From: an uncultured Acidobacteriaceae bacterium | Lineage (GTDB): Bacteria > Acidobacteriota > Terriglobia > Terriglobales > Acidobacteriaceae | Direction of reading: 5' to 3' | Assembly (NCBI GenBank): GCA_963718395.1 | Contig: CAVQYW010000003.1 | Location: 4,513-68,512 of the forward strand | DNA length: 64,000 nucleotides | Shown: piece after piece, positions 50,167 to 58,278 of the stretch | How positions within the stretch are numbered: the stretch's first letter is position 1 | Layout of the letters: each line of letters begins with the position of its first letter | Made by a program: the position numbers and the translations under genes | Notes under the pieces: model-generated | Database searches by the model: none | Seen by the model: the letters and a program-made list of their open reading frames with translations, nothing else | Told to the model about the DNA's origin: nothing

Positions 50167-51558
50167 TTTGCATCATCGGCTCCGGGCCTGCCGGCTGCTA
50201 TCTCGCTGAGCATCTGCTCAAGCTGCTGCCCGATGCCCGCATCGATGTGCTGGAGAAGCTGCCGGTACCGTTTGGCCTGATTCGCTATGGAGTGGCGCCC
50301 GATCATCAGGGCACCAAGGGAGTGGCTCGCGTTCTGGACCGCACGCTCGGGCGGGATCGCGTGCGGTTTTTCGGAAATGTCGAAGTGGGCCGCGACATCA
50401 CGCTCAATGAACTTCGCGGGATGTACCACGTTGTGGTACTGGCCACCGGAGCACCGCGCGACCGCAAGCTTGGCATTCCCGGCGAAGAGCTTTCGAACGT
50501 GACCGGCTCCGGAGCCTTCGTCAGTTGGTACAACGGGCATCCCTCCCGGAGTATTCCCGAGCTGCATGAGGTGCGCTCGGCAGTGATCATCGGCAATGGC
50601 AATGTCGCGCTCGACGTCGCGCGCATTCTGGCCAAGCACGGCGACGAACTGAAGGGTTCAGATGTAACTCCGGACGTCCTCGCGGCTTTGCATTCGCAGC
50701 CCATCGAAGACATCCATATCGTTGGCCGTCGCGCCGCCGCCGAGGCGAAATTTAGTCGCCACTGAACTGGAAGGAAATAGGAACGCTGCAGCGGGCCAAG
50801 CCGGTAATCGACGAACTCGAAGAACTATCAGCGGTGAAACCCCGGTCGCAGAAAGTCTGCGGAAGTTTGCGGCCGACCATCGCACTGGCGATTCCGGTTA
50901 GCAATTCACTTCCATTTCGGTCTACACGACCTTCTGGCGTGCAGGAAAGGCGGCGAAAGATTCCTCACGGATTCAAGTCCGTGAAGGTAACGAGGAAACA
51001 TCTGGGGCTAAAGCCCCCACCACGTTTCAGTGCGCTGGACGCTGGCCTGAAGGCCAGCTCTACCCTGAAGGACCGCTCCACGCCGAGACTCTACGACTGC
51101 GATCCGTTCTGCTTTCGCTCGAGCTCGGGCGAGGAATCGTGATTCCGGCGCAGCTCGCCGTCACCTGCATCGGATACGAAGCTATTCCCTGCTGCACGGC
51201 CTCGCCTGCGAATGGTGTGTTCGCAAATGATGGGGGCAGAATTGACGATGGACTTTACGTCGTCGGCTGGGCCAAGCGCGGCCCTTCGGGTACGATTCCC
51301 ACCAATCGCGCTGAAGCGCTCGAGGTAGCGCAGAAGATCGCGGGCGAAATCGCTGGAGCGCCTAAGAAAGCAGCTCTCGATCTCGCCGAGGTGTTACGCT
51401 CCCGGGGCGTCGCGTGGATCGACTACTCCGGCTGGAAGCGAATCGAGGAAGCGGAGCGCGCTGGAGCCTGCGATGAGCGTTGCCGACTGAAGTTCTTGCA
51501 GGCTGAAGAAATGATGCAGGTTGGGCGGACGCCTGAGCTGCAACCGAAAGAGAATTGA
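50145..51558 (+). pseudogene. adrenodoxin-reductase/FprA-type NADPH:ferredoxin (flavodoxin) reductase, frameshifted and carrying a repeat insertion
   Basis: N-terminus LCIIGSGPAGCYLAEHLL ... FGLIRYGVAPDH ... VVLATGA ... VIIGNGNVALDVARIL. C-terminus VIPAQLAVTCIGYEAIP ... LYVVGWAKRGPSGTIPTN. The middle (50760-51140) reads only by switching frames. Confidence 0.75.
51004..51065. repeat. hairpin-repeat copy lying inside the reductase reading frame
   Basis: GGGGCTAAAGCCCCC followed by GACGCTGGCCTGAAGGCCAGCTCTACCC. The latter 28-mer (51038-51065) is identical to 48404-48431. Confidence 0.7.
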
Positions 51559-51666
51559 CTTACCGCTCCTCCTCACCAACAATTAAGTCAGGGTTGTCGA
51601 AAAACCTCGTTCACCGGGCGCGCTTCCAACGAACAAGAGACAATTTAGACCGAGGATGCTCGAGCG

Positions 51667-52242
51667 TTGGCATTGGCCCACAATAGCGACATAACCGCGT
51701 TGAAAGAGCTACCCCGAATCCGGTGCGAAGCTGTGGCCCACAGTTCAGGCCACAAGAAGGGACTGCGCACCGTCGCCGTGCTGGAAGCGGTGAAGGGACT
51801 GCTGGCCCTGGCCGCCAGTTTTGTCTTCCTCGAAATCGTGCACAAGAACGTCGATCTGGAAGATGCGGCGCAGAACCTCTTGTACTACCTGCACATCGAC
51901 CCCGATCGCCGCTTATCGCAAGCTTTCGTCCATGCAGCCGGCAAGGTAATGGATGCCAACGTCACGCTGGTTTTGGTTATTGCGTTTATCTATGCCGCCG
52001 GTCGCTTCGTTGAGGGGTACGGTCTGTGGAGACAACGTGCGTGGGGAGAGTGGCTGGCCATCATCTCGGGCGCAGTGTACCTGCCCTTCGAGCTATACAA
52101 GCTCATCCGCCATCCCAACTGGATTCATTGGACAATTCTGCTGGTGAATATTGTGGTCGTGCTTTACATCGGCTGGGTACGGTGGGAAGAAATCAGCGCG
52201 CGCCGCACCGCTCGGATGCGATTGGCAGAAAACGCCGACTGA
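51667..52242 (+). CDS. DUF2127-family membrane protein
   Basis: LRTVAVLEAVKGLLAL ... RFVEGYGLWRQRAWGEWLAIISGAVYLPFELYKLIRHP ... four TM spans. Confidence 0.7.
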   Translation: MALAHNSDITALKELPRIRCEAVAHSSGHKKGLRTVAVLEAVKGLLALAASFVFLEIVHKNVDLEDAAQNLLYYLHIDPDRRLSQAFVHAAGKVMDANVTLVLVIAFIYAAGRFVEGYGLWRQRAWGEWLAIISGAVYLPFELYKLIRHPNWIHWTILLVNIVVVLYIGWVRWEEISARRTARMRLAENAD

Positions 52243-52353
52243 AAACCCGCTGATCGTGGTTGGTGGATAGTTGTCGAGTCTAAGCGATTTGGTGATGGCT
52301 GCCCGCGCCGCGCACTCCGTCAACACTGCTGTTCCATTGCTACAATCAAGCTG

Positions 52354-53403
52354 ATGGCTGAAGGTACAGCAGTACGCCTAACGGAGATGGTCAAAGCTGC
52401 GGGTTGAGCCAGCAAGCTAAGTCCGGCGGTGCTGGACTCGGTGCTTGGGAAATTAGCCCGGCAACATGACCCTAACGTGCTCATCGGCTTCGAGACAGCC
52501 GACGACGCCGGAGTGTATCAACTCACTCCCGAGCTGGCGATCGTGCAGACTGCCGACTTCTTCACGCCCATCGTCGACGACCCTTACGTCTTCGGACAGA
52601 TCGCCGCGACCAATGCCCTGAGCGATGTGTACGCCATGGGCGGCAAGCCAATCAGCGCGCTGGCGCTGGTCTGCTTCCCGGAAGACGGCGACCCAACGAT
52701 TCTGGAGCAGATGCTGGCGGGCGGACTGTCGAAGATGGTTGAGGCTAATTGCACCGTCATCGGCGGACACAGCATTCGCGATCCCGAAATCAAGCTGGGC
52801 TATTCGGTGACGGGTACGGTCCATCCCAAGAAGATTCTGGCTAACAGCGGAGCCCGTGCCGGCGACCGTCTGATTCTCACCAAAGCTCTCGGAACGGGCG
52901 TGATTTCGACCGCCATCAAGCGCAACAAAGCCGACTTTGCCTGGATTCGTGGCGCGATCCGCTCCATGATCACGCTCAACAAGGCAGCGGCCGATGTCAT
53001 CGCCGACGGATTCGAAGTGCATGGCATGACCGACGTCACCGGCTTCGGGTTGATCGGCCATGCACGCGAACTGGCGCGCGGATCGGGAGTGAGCCTGCGC
53101 ATTTTCGCATCCAAGGTCCCCTTACTCGAAGGGGCGCTGGAATGCGTTCGCAAGGGCTACGCCCCCGGAGGACTGAAGTCGAACCGTAGCTTCGCTGAAA
53201 GCTGCGTCGAGTATGCCGCGGAAGTCCCCGAGGATTTGCGAACAATCCTTTACGATCCGCAGACGGCGGGAGGGTTGTTGATCTCTGTTGCCGCCGCCGA
53301 TTGCGACCGCATGGTCGAGAAGCTATCGACAGCAGGCGTTTGCGCCAGTGAGATCGGCGAGGTGCTGGAGAAGCAGGCTGTGCTGATCACAATACAACAG
53401 TAA
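52354..53403 (+). CDS. selD: selenide, water dikinase SelD with in-frame UGA (selenocysteine) at codon 18
   Basis: From ATG 52354: MAEGTAVRLTEMVKAAG-TGA-ASKLSPAVLDSVLGKL. This aligns with the SelD N-terminal motif RLT..(x)GxG[C/U]xxK[I/L]xPxxL. The rest (FFTPIVDDPY, ATNALSDVYAMGG, GGHS, MTDVTGFGL) is canonical. The ORF track only starts at GTG 52429. Confidence 0.85.
52408..52437 (+). other. candidate SECIS stem-loop immediately 3' of the selD UGA
   Basis: CCAGCA (52409-52414) pairs with TGCTGG (52430-52435). An inner GC/GC extension leaves a loop containing GU. Hand-folded only. Confidence 0.4.
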
Positions 53404-53496
53404 GCGGCAGGTGCTGAGCCGTGTATCGGGGCACGGCTGCCCGGGATAGGCGCCCTGCTTGCCCATTAACAGTTGCGCAATGGTGAGAATCTGGGA

Positions 53497-55373
53497 CTAT
53501 CCGATGATGCGTCCCGCAATGTGGTAGGCCGCGTAGGCAGCGACGTAGGCCACCAGCGTCATGTAGGCGAACTGGATGGCAGGCCACTTCCAGCCGTTGG
53601 TTTCACGGCGGACGACCGCGATGGTCGACATGCATTGCATAGCGAAGGCGAAGAAGACCAGCAACGCCACCGCTGCAGCGGGCGTGAGCTCCTGGCGCAG
53701 TGCGGCTTGCAGATCGGCGGAATGCGATTGCGGATCAACCCCGTGCAAAGTCCCCAGCGTCGAGATGATCACTTCGCGAGCAGCGATCGAGGTCAGCAGA
53801 CCTACGCCGATCTTCCAGTCGAAGCCCAGCGGCCGAATGACCGGCTCGATGCTGTGACCAACGCTGGCGACCACACTGTCCTGCACCGCCGGAGGCTTTC
53901 CATGATGGATGGGGAGCATGGTCGCCGCCCACAGCAACAGCGAGACCAGCATGATCACGGTGCCGGCGCGATAGAGGAATGCCTTGCCGCGATCGACCAG
54001 CCGCAAGCCAAGCGAGATCGGACGCGGCCAACGATAAGGCGGCATCTCCAGCACGAACGGCGTGTCTTTGCTGCGCAACACGGTGGAGTTCAGCAGCTTC
54101 GCCGTCGCCACCGCCATCAGGAAACCGAGAACGTAAAGGCCTAGCATGGCGACGGCACGCGTGCCGAGGAACGGGCCCAGCAACGCCGGTTCGGCAGGAA
54201 GGCGGCGATAACCATGGTATACACCGGCAGTCGCGCCGAGCAGGTCATGAACGGCGCGATCAGGATGGTCGCGATACGGTCGCGCTTGCTCTCGATGGTG
54301 CGCGTCGCCATGATGGCGGGCACCGCGCAGGCATACGCCGAGAGCAGCGGGATGAAGCTCTTGCCATTCAGGCCTACGCGCGACATGGTCTTGTCGGCGA
54401 TGATCGCCGCGCGCGCCAGATAGCCTGAGTCTTCCAGAATGCCGATCACCAGGAACAGCAACAGTATCTGCGGCAGGAAGACCAGCACTGAGCCGGTTCC
54501 CTTCCACACGCCATTGATGAGCAACGAACGCAGGTAGCCGTCGGGCAGCATAGTGCCCAGCCGAGCGCCCGTCGTGTCGAGCGCCTTCTGGAGAAGGTTC
54601 GAGAGTGGTTGCCCAACCGCGAAGATCGTCTGGAAGACCGCGATTACCACGACGGCAAAGATCACCGCTCCCCAGACGCGATGGAGAAAGATTCCGTCGA
54701 GGCGGCGCGTCCAGATCGGCGTTGCCGGACGGCGATAGTTCGCATTCTCGCCGACCCGCACTGCCCATTCGCGCGTACTGCGCGTGTTGCCGACTACCGG
54801 CAGTTCCAGCGGCTCAGGAACCGGCGCCGCAGACGAAAGAAAATTGCTGACCGCGAACAGTCCCTCACCGGTAACGGCGCTCACCAACGCAACCGGAGTT
54901 CCGAGCTGCCGCGCCAGCGATAACACATCGACATGGCCGCCCTGCTCGCGCAGCTCGTCCGCCATGTTGAGCAGCACCAGCGTAGGTAGGCCGAGAGCGA
55001 TCACGCGCGCCGCCAGCACCAGGTGGCTGCTGAGATTGTTGGAATTCAGCACCAGGATGACGGCGTCAGGACGGGAGCGGCCGGGCATGTTGCCCATCAG
55101 CACATCGACCGCAACCTTTTCATCTTCCGACTTCGGATTGAGGCTATAGACGCCGGGCAGGTCGATGAGGGCGATCTCATTGCCCGACGCGTCGCGGATG
55201 TATCCCGTGTGGTGCTCGACGGTGACGCCGGGAAAGTTGCCGACCTTCTGGCGGAGTCCAGTGAGGCGATTGAAGAGGGTGGTCTTGCCGGAGTTGGGCG
55301 GCCCGACGACCGCAACCGTACGAACTGCAGTGAGAGTTTCTTCTTCGGGACGCGCCACGGGATGGCAAGTCAT
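53497..55373 (-). pseudogene. feoB: ferrous iron transporter FeoB with a single frameshift
   Basis: G-domain VAVVGPPNSGKTTLFN, DLPGVYSL. Membrane domain is continuous except near 54190-54200, where ...VIAAFLP switches frame to AEPALLGPFLGTRAV. The context CTGCCGAACCG would be restored by one extra G. Confidence 0.88.
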
Positions 55374-55406
55374 GCTTGCGACTCCGTAGCGCGCGACTCC
55401 GAGGGG

Positions 55407-55688
55407 TTAGTCACCGAAGGCAGGCGCACCGAGCAGTTGCACATGAATATGGCGCGACAGGTCACGGCGCATGGCAATCTCAGTTCCTTCAACGCGGTAA
55501 ACACGGGGGTCGCCGCCGGGGCAGCTGCGCGTGACCTGAACTTCGAGGCCGGGTACCATCCCCAGGTTCATCAGGTGTTCGGCCAGCGAAGGCGCCAGCT
55601 CGATGTCGCTGACGATGGCGCGCTCGCCCACTTCCAGGTCGGCCAATGCATTGGCTTTCCGCGTGGGCTTCTGTTTCCGTCCGAACAT
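55407..55688 (-). CDS. feoA: FeoA-family protein
   Basis: LADLEVGERAIVSDIE ... LMNLGMVPGLEVQVTR ... VEGTEIAMRRDLSRHIHV. Start is ATG 55688 or ATG 55703; TTG 55709 opens the ORF. Confidence 0.8.
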   Translation of the reverse strand: MFGRKQKPTRKANALADLEVGERAIVSDIELAPSLAEHLMNLGMVPGLEVQVTRSCPGGDPRVYRVEGTEIAMRRDLSRHIHVQLLGAPAFGD

Positions 55689-55692
55689 GAAG

Positions 55693-55709
55693 TTGAAAAT
55701 CATTTTCAA
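55693..55709 (-). promoter_or_regulatory. Fur-box-like perfect palindrome at the feoA start
   Basis: TTGAAAATCATTTTCAA. The inner 15 nt, TGAAAAT-C-ATTTTCA, match the 7-1-7 Fur consensus TGATAAT-N-ATTATCA at 6 of 7 positions in each half. Confidence 0.55.
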
Positions 55710-56242
55710 TACCGATTTCTATTCTAACCCTTCGCCGGAAAGGAGCAACGACCAAAGTCACAGCTGTTTGTGACAAGTGAACATTCTGGGAAGCCGCGTC
55801 CCATTGCCGGAAACTCCTGGGCAGCAGTCAGTTCCAAGTCGCCACTCGACCATGGTGTGGCGCCGACTTCCACCTTAGGAGGCAATTTGCGGCGCGGCCA
55901 GCACAAAACACTCAACCGCAAAACTGCGCAGCGGAGCGTCTCACCAGGAAGTCGGAATAGCGTCGCTTTACCGCCCAGCCAGCTTGGATGCCGCAAACTA
56001 AGTTGATGTTGCTCAGGCACTTGCAATTTTCGATATTGGCGGATAACCGCGGCTAATCCCGGGCATAAGAAGTTTGAATTTCTCATTCGAGCCGAAGCCA
56101 TTTATGACTGAAGGCAGGAGTCACGACCCACGCTACGCAGCCGGCGCGTAGGTTTCTACAACTTGAGTCGCAAACGGCACTCGACGCTGTTGCATTTCGA
56201 GTGCAACAAAATTTTTCTAACCTCGGAATTATGGGAGTCTCG

Positions 56243-57646
56243 ATGCGGTTGGTTCGCAGATTTCTGCCCCTCATTGCCGTACTGCTCCTGGTCGCGCCGC
56301 TGGCCGCACAATCCCCCAACCTTGATGCTGCGAAAGTTGCGCAACTACAGCAGCAAATCGCGGATGCCAAGGGCTCGGCCGACAATGCGTGGATGCTGAC
56401 CAGCTCCGCCCTGGTGCTGATGATGACCGGCCCCGGGCTGGCACTGTTCTACGGCGGCCTGGTGCGCAAGAAAAACGTGCTGGCCACCATGATGCAGAGC
56501 TTCGCGATGATGGCGGTGATCACCATCCTGTGGGCGCTGGTTCTCTACAGCCTGTGCTTTGCTTCGGGAACCAGCTTCATCGGCGGGCTGAGCAATGCGT
56601 TTTTGCACGGCGTCGGCGCGCAGCCCGATCCCGACTACGCGGCCACCATACCGTTGCAGACTTTCATGATTTATCAACTGATGTTTGCCATCATTACGCC
56701 GGCACTCATCAGCGGAGCCTTCGCCGAGCGCATGAAGTTCAGCGCCATGCTGCTGTTCATGGTGCTGTGGTCGATGCTGGTTTACGCCCCCATGGCGCAC
56801 ATGGTTTGGGGCAAAGGCGGACTGCTGAACGCCAGCCTGGGTGGGCGCTTTCCGACGCTTGATTTCGCCGGCGGCACGGTGGTGCACATCACCTCGGGAG
56901 TCTCGGCGCTGATGTGCGCGCTGATGTTGGGGAAGCGGCTGGGCTATCCCAAAGAGCTGATGCCTCCGCACAGCGTGGTGCTCAGCTTTATCGGAGCCTG
57001 CCTGCTGTGGGTAGGATGGTTCGGGTTCAACGCCGGCAGCGCTCTTAGCTCGGGCAGTCTGGCGACCAGCGCATTTGTGGCCACGCACTTCGGTGCCGCC
57101 GCGGCCGCCGTCGGATGGATGCTGGCCGAATGGTTTCGCAACGGCAAGCCGAGCGCGCTGGGTGCGATCTCCGGTTGCGTTGCAGGATTGGTGGCGATCA
57201 CGCCTGCGGCGGGTTTTGTGGGACCGATGCCGGCCCTGGCGATTGGCTTGATCGCCGGGGTTGGGTGCTACTTCATGGTGGCGAAGGTGAAGGTCGCGCT
57301 GGGATACGACGATTCGCTCGATGCTTTCGGGGTTCACGGCGTCGGTGGGACGATCGGGGCGCTCCTGACCGGTGTCTTCGCCTCGCGCGCCATCAATCCC
57401 ATCTTCAAAGATGCGCAGGGGAACGCTTTACCGGTGGGTATGCTCGACGGCAACTATCACCAGATGCTAAATCAACTGGTGGGTGTGGGAGTGGCCGTCG
57501 CGCTGGCGATTGTGGGGACCTTTCTCATTTTGAAGGTGGTCGACGCCGTGATTGGCTTGCGGGTATCGAGCGAGCAGGAAGTGGAAGGGCTCGACCTGAC
57601 CCAGCATGGCGAAGAAGGATATTACTGGGAAGCGTCGGCGATGTGA
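56243..57646 (+). CDS. amtB: ammonium transporter AmtB
   Basis: Signal peptide MRLVRRFLPLIAVLLLVAPLAAQ. Amt blocks LMMTGPGLALFYGG, DFAGGTVVHITSG, FGFNAGS, DDSLDAFGVHGVGG. GGGAG precedes ATG 56243; the ORF opens at GTG 56201. Confidence 0.93.
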   Translation: MRLVRRFLPLIAVLLLVAPLAAQSPNLDAAKVAQLQQQIADAKGSADNAWMLTSSALVLMMTGPGLALFYGGLVRKKNVLATMMQSFAMMAVITILWALVLYSLCFASGTSFIGGLSNAFLHGVGAQPDPDYAATIPLQTFMIYQLMFAIITPALISGAFAERMKFSAMLLFMVLWSMLVYAPMAHMVWGKGGLLNASLGGRFPTLDFAGGTVVHITSGVSALMCALMLGKRLGYPKELMPPHSVVLSFIGACLLWVGWFGFNAGSALSSGSLATSAFVATHFGAAAAAVGWMLAEWFRNGKPSALGAISGCVAGLVAITPAAGFVGPMPALAIGLIAGVGCYFMVAKVKVALGYDDSLDAFGVHGVGGTIGALLTGVFASRAINPIFKDAQGNALPVGMLDGNYHQMLNQLVGVGVAVALAIVGTFLILKVVDAVIGLRVSSEQEVEGLDLTQHGEEGYYWEASAM

Positions 57647-57666
57647 TGAGAAGCCGCTTGATCATT

Positions 57667-57915
57667 CTGTTTTGAAAGGGCACGCCTTCAGGCGTGCCGA
57701 TAGTGCCGGCATTGGACGGCTTTAGCCGCTGAGGAAAAACCTTCATGCGTAAGGCGCGTTCCCTCAGAGGCTAAAGCCCAGGTTTCAAAACTGCCGCCAT
57801 CGGCACGGCTGAAGCCGTGCCTCTTCAAAGCAGGTTAAAAGTGTTAAATAGCTTGGAGATTGCGCCGGGCCTGATAGCAAGAATCTAAGCCAAGAACCAA
57901 TAGCGAATAGCGGAA
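57667..57915. repeat. inverted pair of about 68-bp hairpin units plus a heptamer array in front of the PII gene
   Basis: The reverse complement of 57667-57734 aligns with 57762-57833 (CCTCAGnGGCTAAAGCC ... ATCGGCACGnCTGAAGnCGTGCC ... TTCAAA). Hairpins GGCACGCC-TTCA-GGCGTGCC and GGCACGGC-TGAA-GCCGTGCC. AAGAACC AATAGCG AATAGCG lies at 57886-57910. Confidence 0.7.
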
Positions 57916-57920
57916 TTTAA

Positions 57921-58259
<339 letters not shown>

Positions 58260-58278
58260 GTCAGCGCCAAATCGCTTG

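Noticed and set aside
50834-51142. 102-aa ORF as an independent gene
   Set aside because: Its 3' end (SSSGEES) continues into VIPAQLAVTCIGYE of the FprA-like C-terminus after a 1-nt shift. It also contains the hairpin repeat, so it is part of the broken reductase gene.
56010-56200. Sigma-54 (-24/-12) promoter upstream of amtB
   Set aside because: The GG...GC candidates (AGGCACTTGCAATTTT at about 56017, TGGCGGATAACCGCGG at about 56037, CGGCAC-N9-TTGCA at about 56175) all have the wrong GG-to-GC spacing for TGGCAC-N5-TTGC.
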